From positions 1-32,052 of the forward strand of contig JBCCQH010000095.1 of assembly GCA_039024435.1 (NCBI GenBank): a DNA stretch of 32,052 nucleotides, given 5' to 3'. A program made the position numbers and the translations under genes. This DNA comes from Bacteroidota bacterium. GTDB lineage: Bacteria > Bacteroidota > Bacteroidia > J057 > JADKCL01. Position 1 is the stretch's first letter, and the number at the start of each line of letters is the position of its first letter. Under the pieces are notes generated by a model. That model had not been told where the DNA came from and searched no databases. It worked only from the letters and a program-made list of their open reading frames with translations. Below, one piece after another: positions 19,301 to 27,119 of the stretch.

Positions 19301-21310
19301 CGCCTGATTCAACTCCGAATAGATGTTCGAGATGTGGTCGATGATCTTCGTCGTCTGGGTCGCATCCTCGATTTTGAGGTTGGATACGATTTCGACCAGC
19401 AGTTCCAGATCAGAGCCGGTCTGCTCGATGGCCGCTTCTAAGGTCGCCGCTTCCGCTGCAGTATTGACCTTTTCGATGGCCGCGCGGTGAGCAGCAACTT
19501 GCTGCTCGTAAGGTCGCAGCGCATCTTCGCGCAGCAAGAATTCCACGCAACGCTGGCTCAGCCGCTCCGATTGGGCGCTCAGATCTTCCTCCAGCGACTG
19601 CACCAATTCCAAGTCCACGTAGCGCAGTTCCTTCAGCCCGATGGCTTCGCCCCGCCAGTTGCGCAGTTCCGCGAGGAAGCGCACAAACTGATTTACCTCG
19701 TCAAAAATGCTCCGCTTGATCTCCGCAATCAGCTTTTGGGCAGCTTCGGATACCCGGCGGGATTCTTCGGCGGTGTGCCGGCGGATCCGCACGACTTTTT
19801 CAAACTCCTCGATGGCATTTTCCGCACTGCGGCGGATGCCCTTGAGCGGGTCATCCAGTTGGAACGACTCGTCGCGGTCCAGCCAGTAGTAGCTGTCGAG
19901 GATGTCGCCGGTCAGTTTGCCCAGGTCGAGGTAGAGATTTGCGTAGGTGTCTTCTTTGTTCAGCAAAATAAGCACCTCCTGGCATTCGGCCATCGCCCGG
20001 ACGATATCCCGGTTGCCGATCTTGAAGAGGTAGTTGTCCGCGTTGCCGGTCAGTTCAAAATCCGGCCCCACGTAGGGCGTCTGCCAAATCTGGATCGCGT
20101 GGTGTTTGCGCGGCTCGTCTTCCGCCTTGAAGTAGCAGAGCTCACCATTTTCGAAATGGCAGAACCCGTTGCACGTGATTGGGGTTTCTACCTGTTGGGC
20201 GATGATGTTGTAGCTCAACATCACGTAGGTTCCGGTCGGTGAATTGTAAAACACATACAGGTAGTCCTCCCCATTGGGGCTCTGAATGCGCTCTTCGAAG
20301 TGCATTTCGGTCAACCCCGATTCAAAGCGCTTATATTCGCCGGTCTGCAGGTAGTAGCCGTCGGCAAAAATGATTCCGTGGTCGTCCGGCAACAAGATGC
20401 AGGAGTGGGCAATCGAATCGATGCGGCGGGCTTGCTGCACCTTTTCGTTGTAGGCAAAGTAGCGGTACTGCTTTTCCTGGAAAGGCCGTACCCGCAGCAG
20501 GATAATGTTCCCCAGATCGGCAAAAAAGATCTCGGCATCGTCCAGGCTTTGCTCTTTGTGAGCGACTTCCTCTTCCAGTATGCCCCGACCGTGATCGGTA
20601 TTGTCTTCCACTTTGATGGTCAAAGTGCCACCGATTGTCTGCACAAACAGGCGATCAAGAATCGAAACGTGGGGAAATTCCCCGGAGCGCTGCATATCGC
20701 GGTGGGCCCTTTTCCAGGCAAATTCGTGCTGGGTCGGATAGCGCACATCCGCTTCACTGCGGCTGTCCACGTAGCGCAGTCCGCCTTCGCCCAATCGCCA
20801 CTTGAACGCCTTGATATCGGTTTCGCTCTTGCCGATCCGAAAGACCATGTACAGAAAGATCCCAATCACCTCGAACTTCACGAAGACGGTTTCGCGGTAA
20901 TACTTGTACAGATTTCCGAAGTCTTCCGCAAACTTTTCATTCTGGATCAGGTCCAGGGGCTCTTGGTGAAAGCGCCGGTCTTCGTAGCGGTAGATGCTGA
21001 ATACATCGCTGAGTTTGGTTTCGGTGCGCAGTCCCATGTGGACATTGTAACCGAAGATTGTGCGGTCCCCCACGGCGACGATGTCGCGGGCGGTGCAGTT
21101 GTTTTCCGTAGAAATGCGATCCGTCGACAGCAGGTTGAAATCGACCGAGCCGAAGACTTCCTTGCGGGCATGGTTGAGCTTGCCCAGGCGCGTGCGCAGT
21201 TCGGCCCCTTGGTTAAGCAGACGGTTGCGAATGATCTCGTAAGCGCCCCCTTCCAACTGGACGGTAGGCTCCGCCGCCGAGGATTCAAGATTGGGGTTTT
21301 CGTTTGCCAT
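16400..21310 (-). CDS. Giant (1636 aa) protein with a C-proximal MoxR/AAA_5-class AAA+ ATPase domain. The N-terminal ~1250 aa comprise a beta-rich repeat region and a ~450-aa helical/coiled-coil region that I cannot assign to a family.
   Basis: Walker A is LLLISPPGYGKTTL (around 17440-17475). Walker B/second region is LYLDDIQHCNPEFLQKF, and sensor-1 is VCVVMAGNPYTESGDKFQIPDMLANRA, matching MoxR/AAA_5 spacing. The long N-terminus shows no other recognizable catalytic motif. Confidence 0.9.
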   Translation of the reverse strand: MANENPNLESSAAEPTVQLEGGAYEIIRNRLLNQGAELRTRLGKLNHARKEVFGSVDFNLLSTDRISTENNCTARDIVAVGDRTIFGYNVHMGLRTETKLSDVFSIYRYEDRRFHQEPLDLIQNEKFAEDFGNLYKYYRETVFVKFEVIGIFLYMVFRIGKSETDIKAFKWRLGEGGLRYVDSRSEADVRYPTQHEFAWKRAHRDMQRSGEFPHVSILDRLFVQTIGGTLTIKVEDNTDHGRGILEEEVAHKEQSLDDAEIFFADLGNIILLRVRPFQEKQYRYFAYNEKVQQARRIDSIAHSCILLPDDHGIIFADGYYLQTGEYKRFESGLTEMHFEERIQSPNGEDYLYVFYNSPTGTYVMLSYNIIAQQVETPITCNGFCHFENGELCYFKAEDEPRKHHAIQIWQTPYVGPDFELTGNADNYLFKIGNRDIVRAMAECQEVLILLNKEDTYANLYLDLGKLTGDILDSYYWLDRDESFQLDDPLKGIRRSAENAIEEFEKVVRIRRHTAEESRRVSEAAQKLIAEIKRSIFDEVNQFVRFLAELRNWRGEAIGLKELRYVDLELVQSLEEDLSAQSERLSQRCVEFLLREDALRPYEQQVAAHRAAIEKVNTAAEAATLEAAIEQTGSDLELLVEIVSNLKIEDATQTTKIIDHISNIYSELNQARAALRRRRKELVSTEAVAEFASQIKLLSQAVINFLDVADTPEKVDEYLTKLMVQVEELEGKFSEFDEFIGQIAEKREEIYNAFESRKVQLVEARNKKAAALFKSAERILSGIRNRVNNFGTAQEINGYFAGDLMIDKVRDVVEKLRALEDNVKAEDLQSRLKTIREDALRQLKDRQELFVDGENIIRLGRHKFSVNVQSLDLTVIRREDEQYFHLTGTNFFELIRHPEFEATRPVWDQELVSENSTVYRAEYLAYLFFAALREDGNRRGLSEFAELSAEEQGQRLQQFAGPRYQEGYAKGVHDQDALRILRTLVGLHRSIGLLRYLPEARACAAMWWDYFLDASARELFDHRLQGVGFILQVFPDSDEFGALIGDLRTGMAAFCVETGLFREALAGSAAEYLFHEISAGNRFVASPEGTRIGQDFLAYLDQKSMGKTFEQSLKRLEGRIAEQFQLLRNWVSAYVHQQNVPDGEDYIDEAAMVLFRGGVEAVRLSVASVVGEVEALSGDHPKIGPKGAYRLDYNHFMHELGDFTTTEVPAFERYQGLKKRLTEEFRQELRLNEFQPRVLSSFVRNKLIDEVYLPLFGDNLAKQIGTVGENKRTDRQGLLLLISPPGYGKTTLMEYIANRLGLIFMKVNGPAIGHSVRSLDPEEAPNAAAREELQKLNLALEMGDNIMLYLDDIQHCNPEFLQKFISLCDAQRKIEGVYKDQPKTYDLRGKRVCVVMAGNPYTESGDKFQIPDMLANRADTYNLGDIIGDTAHFFELSLIENSLSSNVVLQKVTQRAHKDIHGFLQIAESNRREGIELEGNYAPEDVNEIVAVLQKLLVVRDVILKVNQEYIRSAGMSEEFRTLPAFKLQGSYRDMNKLAEKIIPIMNEQELMTLIMTHYESESQTLTNDAEANLLRFKELIGFLKPEEKARWQEIQATFLKKQRLLGVDASDKFGQVIAQLGSLVDGIEGMRKAMEK
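17020..17490 (-). other. AAA+ (MoxR/AAA_5-like) ATPase core of the giant protein (about residues 1275-1430).
   Basis: Walker A, Walker B and sensor-1 motifs as above. Coordinates are derived from residue positions. Confidence 0.7.
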
Positions 21311-21326
21311 TGAAGTAATTTGGTGA

Positions 21327-21341
21327 TGATCGGATCATCTT
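21327..21341. promoter_or_regulatory. Small inverted repeat GATGATC-CG-GATCATC about 20 bp upstream of the giant ATPase start codon.
   Basis: gatgatccgatcatc is a perfect 7-bp inverted repeat in the 161-bp gap between the flotillin and ATPase genes. Confidence 0.3.
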
Positions 21342-21380
21342 AAAATGGTGACCGGAGTCCGGTCTTGTTTCGGGGATGGA

Positions 21381-21434
21381 GGGTGCCCCGGGCACCCGGA
21401 GCGCATCCGCACGCCTTTCGGGGTGCGGATGCGC
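21381..21434 (-). promoter_or_regulatory. Two adjacent GC-rich stem-loops in the flotillin-to-ATPase intergenic gap: a 7-bp stem GGGTGCC/GGCACCC and a perfect 12-bp stem GCGCATCCGCAC/GTGCGGATGCGC with a 10-nt loop.
   Basis: gggtgccccgggcaccc followed by gcgcatccgcacgcctttcggggtgcggatgcgc. No U-tract follows on the transcribed strand, so this is not a canonical intrinsic terminator. A role as a partial attenuator, processing site or stability element is possible. Confidence 0.5.
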
Positions 21435-21471
21435 GGGGGAAGTACCCCGGTCGCGGGTTCAACCGGGCCGA

Positions 21472-23727
21472 TCAGAGTCCGAGGAGTTTGGCTGGTTGCT
21501 CGGCGATGCCGGTTTTCCAGGCGGCATTCATCAGCGTATTGAGCATGCCCTTCACGCCGGAGTCCTCGGTCGACTGGTTCATCTTGAGCAACAAGCTCGC
21601 AATGCTTAGGTTTTTGATGTCCTCCGATCCGATGCCGACCTGCTGGACGAGGTCGCGGATCTTGTCGATCAGATTGTGGTCGCCATCTTCGCCGCCGCCC
21701 AACAGATTTTGCTTCACGTCCTGCAGGGTTTGGCTGTTGCCAATCAGGCTGTCGATGGCCTTGCCCTGGGAAATGGACTGGATGATGCGGGAGAAGAACT
21801 CCTGCTCACCGCCGACGATGTCGATGTTGGCGGCCTTGAGGGCCTCGGCGAGGACGGCGGCCTGGGACTCGGCGATGGAAGCCTGGATGTTGATCTGGGC
21901 GAGTTCCACGTCGCGGTCTTTGGCGAGCTGGAGCTTGAATTCTTCGTGCTCCTTGCCCACTTCGTCGAGCTTCTTCATGGCGTCGGCTTTCTTCTCGATG
22001 CCTTTGGCTTCGGCAAACAGCTTCTCTTCGACGACTTTGGCTTCGGCAAGGCCTTCGCGCTCGATGGCTTCGGCATTGGCGGTTTTGCCTTTGGCTTCGG
22101 CGAGGGCGGTCTGCTCGAGGACGTTGGCCTGCTTGAGGCCTTCGACTTCGGTGGCCGAGGCTTTGAGTTCGATTTCTTTGGCTTCCGCGTCAGCCCGGAG
22201 AGCGATTTCTTTGGCCTGGGCTTCGGCGCGGGTCGAGATTTCGATGGCATTGGCCTGGGCGCGCAGTTCGATGACTTTGGCGTCGGCTTCCCCTTCGCGC
22301 TCTTTGGCCTGGGCCTTTGCTTCCATAACCTGGGCTTCGGAGATTCCGATGGCGGCTTGCTCGGCGGCGGTGGCTTCGGCCATTTTCTTTTTGGCCTGGG
22401 CTTCCAGCTCACTGGACTTCAGTTCCGCGTCGGCTTCGATGAGCTTCTGCTTGGCACGGACTTCAGCGGCTTCTTTTTCGGCTTCCGCCACGACGACCTG
22501 CTTGATTTTTGCCTGCTCGGCTTCTTTCTCGGCCTCGGTAATGGCAACTTGCTTCGATCGGTCCGCCGTGGCAAATTCCCGAGTGTCTTTGATCTTTTCT
22601 TCTTCGGCGACGGTCGCTTTTTCCACGACGACCCGCTCGCGGATCACTTCCTGGATGTTTTTGCGCTCTTCTTCGATCGATTTCTCTTTTTCAATCTGGG
22701 CCAGGCTCACGACGCGTTCCCGCTCGTTGATCTCCAACTGCTTGTCCTTTTCCACGCGCTCAGTTTCCACCGCGTCGGTGCGTTCTTTGGACTTTTCGGC
22801 GACGATGATCTGCCGGGACTTGTTTTCCTCAGCAATCGCCACTTCTTCTTCGGTTGCGATGCGGGCGCGCTCGGAGCGCAGCAATTCCTCTTGCTGGATT
22901 TTTTTGGTTTCGGCTTCTTCGCGGGCAGTGATCGCGGCGATTTCCCGCTGCTGCACCTGCTCTTTTTCTGCGAGTTGGCGGTTCAGTTCCAGGATTGCTT
23001 CCTGGGCCTCCACGTCCTGCTGCGTAATGACCTTTTTCTCCTCATTGCGGATATTGTTGGCCAGAATCCGCTGCTTCGCGGTCAGGTCAGTGATCTTTTT
23101 GATCCCCTCCGAGTCGAGAATGTTGTCGTCCTGCAAAAACTCAATTGGGGTCTGCTCCAGGTAGTCGATGGCGGCATCATCCAGCACGTAGCCATTTAAC
23201 TGAGTCCCGATCGTATTGAGGATCTCCTGGCGGAAGCGCTCCCGCGCATCGTACAGTTCGACAAAATCAAACCGCTTGCCCACGGTTTTGAGGGCTTCCG
23301 AGAATTTTGCCTCAAACAACTGGTTCAGCGTTTGTTCCCGCGATGCGCGCGCCACACCGATGGTCTGGGCGACGTTGATCACCGCATCGTCTTTGGGATT
23401 GACCCGGACGAAAAATACGACTTTGATGTCCGCGCGCATGTTGTCCTGGCAGATCAGCCCATCCTTGCCGGTCCGGCTGATTTCCACCTTTTTGACGGAG
23501 ATGTCCATCCATTCCATGCGGTGCAGAATGGGGACGACGGTCATACCGTTGAAGGTAACCTTGGTTCCCCCGACGCCGGTCCGAACGATGGCTTTGCCCT
23601 GGGGAACTTTTTTGTACCACGACAGGACCAGGGCGACGATCAGGAAAGTGAGCACCACGACGGCCACCGCCACGATCAGAATCGTGTTGCCAAACACGTC
23701 GCCGAGTAGATTGATGTTTCCTAGCAT
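21472..23727 (-). CDS. Flotillin-like SPFH/band-7 protein (YqiK/FloT family): N-terminal TM, SPFH domain and a long EA-repeat coiled coil (751 aa).
   Basis: N-terminal hydrophobic helix ILIVAVAVVVLTFLIVALVLSW, then the SPFH core (VKKVEISRTGKDGLICQDNMRADIKVVFFVRV...), then about 350 aa of Glu/Ala/Lys-rich heptad-like repeats (EAEAKEIELKASATE...), and a conserved flotillin C-terminal tail. Confidence 0.9.
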   Translation of the reverse strand: MLGNINLLGDVFGNTILIVAVAVVVLTFLIVALVLSWYKKVPQGKAIVRTGVGGTKVTFNGMTVVPILHRMEWMDISVKKVEISRTGKDGLICQDNMRADIKVVFFVRVNPKDDAVINVAQTIGVARASREQTLNQLFEAKFSEALKTVGKRFDFVELYDARERFRQEILNTIGTQLNGYVLDDAAIDYLEQTPIEFLQDDNILDSEGIKKITDLTAKQRILANNIRNEEKKVITQQDVEAQEAILELNRQLAEKEQVQQREIAAITAREEAETKKIQQEELLRSERARIATEEEVAIAEENKSRQIIVAEKSKERTDAVETERVEKDKQLEINERERVVSLAQIEKEKSIEEERKNIQEVIRERVVVEKATVAEEEKIKDTREFATADRSKQVAITEAEKEAEQAKIKQVVVAEAEKEAAEVRAKQKLIEADAELKSSELEAQAKKKMAEATAAEQAAIGISEAQVMEAKAQAKEREGEADAKVIELRAQANAIEISTRAEAQAKEIALRADAEAKEIELKASATEVEGLKQANVLEQTALAEAKGKTANAEAIEREGLAEAKVVEEKLFAEAKGIEKKADAMKKLDEVGKEHEEFKLQLAKDRDVELAQINIQASIAESQAAVLAEALKAANIDIVGGEQEFFSRIIQSISQGKAIDSLIGNSQTLQDVKQNLLGGGEDGDHNLIDKIRDLVQQVGIGSEDIKNLSIASLLLKMNQSTEDSGVKGMLNTLMNAAWKTGIAEQPAKLLGL
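21990..22700 (-). repeat. Low-complexity coding repeat (GCTTCGGC-type units) that encodes the flotillin EA-rich coiled coil.
   Basis: ggcttcggc / gccttcg units recur across about 700 nt and create long spurious off-frame ORFs on both strands. Confidence 0.6.
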
Positions 23728-23816
23728 TTTAGTTCAATAAGTATTAGAAGATGTTGAAATGGTTTTCCGATATGCGGTTGCTATGCTTGTTTTCGGCCAT
23801 AAATAACGAGGGGCAG

Positions 23817-24560
23817 TCAGGCCGATGCGGGCGATTCCAGCGCGATTTCTTCCGCGAATTCCTGCACGGAGAACACGCTGTTGCCTTCCCGGACTTCTCT
23901 TTCCAGAATGAGGCAGCGGGTGCCCGAGGTGATCTTTTCTCCATCAAATGAGCGCACGGTGATCCGCAGGTGCTTGTCCCGCACCACGACATCCGCTTGC
24001 CCCAAGCGCACCCCTTCTACCCCCAGTTCCAGCGTACACAGCTTTCCGATCAGGTTCACCGGGGCATCGCCTTTGCTCATTTCGCGGAACATCTTGCGCA
24101 GCGGCTGGGTAAACAGCTTGGCCACCAGCAGTCCAAACACGAAACCGCCCCCGAGAATTCCCGCGGTCAACCCAGGCTGACCGGCGGCAAAATAGTGGTT
24201 CCCGATGATGGAAGCTGCCCAGTAAAACAGCGCAAAAAAGCTGAAAAAGATCATAAAAGGCACGTCTCCCAGGTTCAAAAAGTAGAGTATCCGTGCGCCG
24301 AGTCCGGGCGATTTGCCCGCCAGGGCTTTCCCCATGTCCTTGCCGCCTTTGCTGCCCACCTCGGAATCCGCATCGACGTCGACATCCACGTCCACGTCGA
24401 CATCCACGTCCACGTCCAAATCGACATCTACGTAGAAGTCCATGAAACTCAGGTCGAGCATGCCAAATAGAAAGACCAGCCAATACAGCACCACAAAAAG
24501 GAGCAGTATAGTCGGAAATACATTGGCAGGGGAAAATGATAAGTCGAAGATTTCTTTCAT
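23817..24560 (-). CDS. NfeD-like (YqiJ-type) membrane protein with a C-terminal OB-fold, the canonical partner of SPFH proteins. It carries an internal (Asp-Val)n repeat (247 aa).
   Basis: N-terminal TM helices, then YVDVDLDVDVDVDVDVDVDVDVDADSE, further TM segments (FMIFFSFFALFYWAASIIG, GILGGGFVFGLLVAKLF), and a C-terminal beta-rich domain (LGQADVVVRDKHLRITVRSFDGEKITS). It lies 89 bp upstream of the flotillin gene, matching the yqiJ-yqiK / nfeD-floT arrangement. Confidence 0.8.
   Translation of the reverse strand: MKEIFDLSFSPANVFPTILLLFVVLYWLVFLFGMLDLSFMDFYVDVDLDVDVDVDVDVDVDVDADSEVGSKGGKDMGKALAGKSPGLGARILYFLNLGDVPFMIFFSFFALFYWAASIIGNHYFAAGQPGLTAGILGGGFVFGLLVAKLFTQPLRKMFREMSKGDAPVNLIGKLCTLELGVEGVRLGQADVVVRDKHLRITVRSFDGEKITSGTRCLILEREVREGNSVFSVQEFAEEIALESPASA
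24366..24435 (-). repeat. Imperfect tandem hexamer (GACGTS)n inside the NfeD-like gene, encoding alternating Asp-Val.
   Basis: catcgacgtcgacatccacgtccacgtcgacatccacgtccacgtccaaatcgacatctacgtag. Confidence 0.7.
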
Positions 24561-24574
24561 CGAAGTTCCGAATC

Positions 24575-24625
24575 CCGTATAGGTGTGCTAAAATCTAAAA
24601 AAATCGGGGTGCAAAAAAGCGTTCA
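24575..24625 (-). promoter_or_regulatory. Candidate Bacteroidota-type promoter (TTTG ... TAGATTTT) for the nfeD-flotillin operon.
   Basis: The minus-strand sequence cttttttgcaccccgatttttttagattttagcacacc lies 30-60 nt upstream of the ATG. It is only a partial match to the -33 TTTG / -7 TAnnTTTG consensus. Confidence 0.25.
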
Positions 24626-25020
24626 ACGCAATTTTTTTCGCCCCACTTATGCAGGTACGAAGTTGACGTTGGCAAGAATTTCAATTGGGGGGAAGTCCGG
24701 GGCGGTTGTTTGATTCTCGTCCCCAGCGGGACCGCACGGTCTACCAAGACAGCGCGTCGCAATCGGCTTGGGTCAGTTGGCCCCGGAAAGTGGAGTGGGT
24801 AATGGTGTTTACATAGATGGTAAGCTTAGCGATTTGTAGTAAATACGGAAAAGTAAATCGCCGGGTTGCAAGTATCACTACTATTTTTAATAGTTTTATT
24901 TTTAATACATGGATCTGTCAGAAAAACTGTACATTCAGCTCACGCCATTGTCGAGGACGGCACTAAGAATGCCGAATCGTTTGCTATATTGGCCCAACTT
25001 ATATACCAAAGCTGATTCAC

Positions 25021-25881
25021 ATGAAAAATATCTCCTTTTTCTTCCTGTTCATGGTGGCGGCGCTGTTGTTCGTTGGGTGTGAGCAAGCCGCCGAATCCAG
25101 CGGCGAAGAAGCTCCCCCAACCCAAGACGCTCCCGAAGCCACGCAGCCCGCTCCGCCAGAAACCTCCACAAAATTCAGCGCCGGTGGCTTGACGGTCTAC
25201 GCCATCGAAGATTCGCCACAATTTCCCGAGGCCAGCCTGGAAATGAACGAGCCGGTCATCGGAACCGATCTGGAACCAGGCGAAAACAGCTTCGATTTCA
25301 CCGTTTCCGGGTACGAATTGGGGGTACCGACGCCCGGGGCCGGCGACAACGGCCTCGCCAATTCTGGCAAAGGTCAGCACATCCACTTGATCATGAACAA
25401 TGGGCCGTACTCGGCGCACTACGAGCCCAGTTTCACCAAGGATTTAGAGGAAGGTCACTACGTTGCCCTCGCGTTCCTCTCGCGCAGCTTTCACGAAAGT
25501 GTCAAAGCCCCGAACGCCTTTGCGGTCAGCCAGTTTGTGGTCGGCACCCCGGCAAATATCAAAGAAGCCAATCTTTCCGCTCCGCACCTGTTTTACAGCC
25601 GCCCAAAAGGCAGTTATTACGGCGAAGACACAGAAAAACTGTTGCTGGACTTTTTCCTGGTCAATTGCAACCTGAGTCCGGACGGCTACAAAGTGCGCGC
25701 CACCATCAACGGCAACGAATTCACGTTTACCAAGTGGGTACCCTACGCCGTGGAGGGCCTGAAGTTCGGCGAGGTCACGGTCAAGCTTGAACTGCTGGAC
25801 AAAGCGGGAAACCTGGTCGAGAGCCCCTTCAATCCAGTAGAGCGTACGGTTACGCTGGCGGAAAAGCAGTCGGAAGGTTGA
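25021..25881 (+). CDS. Lipoprotein of unknown function (286 aa).
   Basis: MKNISFFFLFMVAALLFVGCEQ is a lipobox-type signal with Cys, followed by a low-complexity Pro/Glu/Ala linker and a globular domain with no recognizable motif. Confidence 0.75.
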   Translation: MKNISFFFLFMVAALLFVGCEQAAESSGEEAPPTQDAPEATQPAPPETSTKFSAGGLTVYAIEDSPQFPEASLEMNEPVIGTDLEPGENSFDFTVSGYELGVPTPGAGDNGLANSGKGQHIHLIMNNGPYSAHYEPSFTKDLEEGHYVALAFLSRSFHESVKAPNAFAVSQFVVGTPANIKEANLSAPHLFYSRPKGSYYGEDTEKLLLDFFLVNCNLSPDGYKVRATINGNEFTFTKWVPYAVEGLKFGEVTVKLELLDKAGNLVESPFNPVERTVTLAEKQSEG

Positions 25882-25911
25882 TTTAGCCCACGAACCAGCC
25901 CTGTACAAACT

Positions 25912-25964
25912 GCGCCGCACCGCTTGCCATCGATTGCGAGAGGCAAGCGGTGCGGCATTTTTAT
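25912..25964. terminator. Rho-independent terminator, probably bidirectional, between convergent genes.
   Basis: gcgccgcaccgcttgcc-atcgattgcgaga-ggcaagcggtgcggc followed by attttta. The GC stem is a perfect 15 bp with a T-run on the plus strand and a partial T-run on the minus side. Confidence 0.65.
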
Positions 25965-26030
25965 CGGTGGAGAAAACCTCAATTTTGATTGCAGGGGCCG
26001 TGAACGTAGCACAACCCTACAAACAAGCCC

Positions 26031-27119
26031 CTACAACTTCACCACCCGCTTCGAAGCCTGCTTGCCGCCGGTGCGGACAGTTGCAAAGTACACCCCGGCG
26101 GCAAAACGCCCCAGTTCCAGATTCACTTGATTGGTGCCCGCGCGGGCGACTTGCGATTGCTGCCATACCATTTGGCCGTGCAGATCGGTGATCGCGATCT
26201 CCGCCGTGCCCTCAACTTCGCAGTCAAACGCGATCGTGAGTGCATTCTGAAAAGGATTTGGAAATGCGGTGGTGATTCCGAAGTCTACCCCACCCTCCAA
26301 GGTAGCCGTAACCACGTCAGAAACGCTGCGCGATCCGTCCAAATCCACCTGAAAAATCCGGTAATAGTGCTGCCCGAAACCGGGCCCCACATCCTCAAAT
26401 TGGTAGCTTTGGAGGGTACTCGAATTGCCGATGGCCTCGACCATTCCGACAGCAGTAAAGTTTTCGCCGTCCGCCGAGCGCTGCACTTCAAAGTAATCGT
26501 TGTTGCTCTCCTCGGCAGTGGCCCAAGTGACATTGATCGCATCTTCGGTGGCCACCGCCCCGACGCTCGCCCAAACCACCGGGAGCGTCGTAAAATCGAC
26601 CATCATATCCGCGTCCGGATAGCAACCCGAGTAGGGATTGCCCGACCCTTCGATGCCGGCAAGGCGCACTGAATCGGGCATTTCGTTGACCCGAAAGACC
26701 ATTTGCCGGGTATCGGTGTGGACACTACCGCAAAGCGATGAGGAGGAGACACAGGTAAAGGGAATTCCATTGTAAATGTAAGCGATGGCAAATTTTGAAC
26801 CGAGGGCGTCCGCCATCTCGATCCCATTGTAAGTCGTATGGGTAGAATCGCTCGTCACCGCAGCCGGGTAGGAAATCGAGGACAGCGTTTCGCCGCCGTA
26901 GAAAAGAAAAGCAAAGGTTTGGGTTTCGGCACCGGCACCCTTCTTGGTACCGGTCACTCCCCCGCCGATGTTCATGGTGATGTAAATGTCGACGTAGGAA
27001 TCGCTGCGGACCACGCTGTCGAGCGCGATTTCTGAGCGGTCGCAGGCATAAGTATTTTGGGGAATGGCCAGGATCAAGGCCAGAATGAAGAGCAGTCCAG
27101 TAGTGTAGCGTTGGTTCAT
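26031..27119 (-). CDS. Secreted protein with a T9SS C-terminal sorting domain (362 aa).
   Basis: Signal peptide MNQRYTTGLLFILALILAIPQNTYA. The C-terminus NPFQNALTIAFDCEVEGTAEIAITDLHGQMVWQQSQVARAGTNQVNLELGRFAAGVYFATVRTGGKQASKRVVKL is a textbook type-A Por secretion CTD. Confidence 0.85.
   Translation of the reverse strand: MNQRYTTGLLFILALILAIPQNTYACDRSEIALDSVVRSDSYVDIYITMNIGGGVTGTKKGAGAETQTFAFLFYGGETLSSISYPAAVTSDSTHTTYNGIEMADALGSKFAIAYIYNGIPFTCVSSSSLCGSVHTDTRQMVFRVNEMPDSVRLAGIEGSGNPYSGCYPDADMMVDFTTLPVVWASVGAVATEDAINVTWATAEESNNDYFEVQRSADGENFTAVGMVEAIGNSSTLQSYQFEDVGPGFGQHYYRIFQVDLDGSRSVSDVVTATLEGGVDFGITTAFPNPFQNALTIAFDCEVEGTAEIAITDLHGQMVWQQSQVARAGTNQVNLELGRFAAGVYFATVRTGGKQASKRVVKL

Noticed and set aside
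17372-20242. Plus-strand ORFs of 689 aa (17372..19441), 251 aa (19487..20242) and 337 aa (20300..21313)
   Set aside because: They are antisense to the giant AAA+ gene. Their composition is dominated by R/L/Q/P and they have no signal or domain motifs.
21365-23199. Plus-strand ORFs of 599 and 507 aa, and the 145-aa minus ORF at 21975..22412 rich in PKPK
   Set aside because: All are alternative frames of the flotillin EA-repeat region. The GCTTCGGC low-complexity DNA keeps every frame open. The Ser/Ala/Phe- or Pro/Lys-only products are not plausible proteins.
24661-24780. Possible tRNA or other structured RNA in the nfeD/lipoprotein divergent region (ggggaagtccggggcggttgtttgattctcgtccccagcggg...)
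   Set aside because: It has no tRNA T-loop (GGTTCGAnTCC-like) and no acceptor-stem/CCA geometry. The local complementarity is not beyond what the GC content predicts. A covariance-model scan would be needed to say more.
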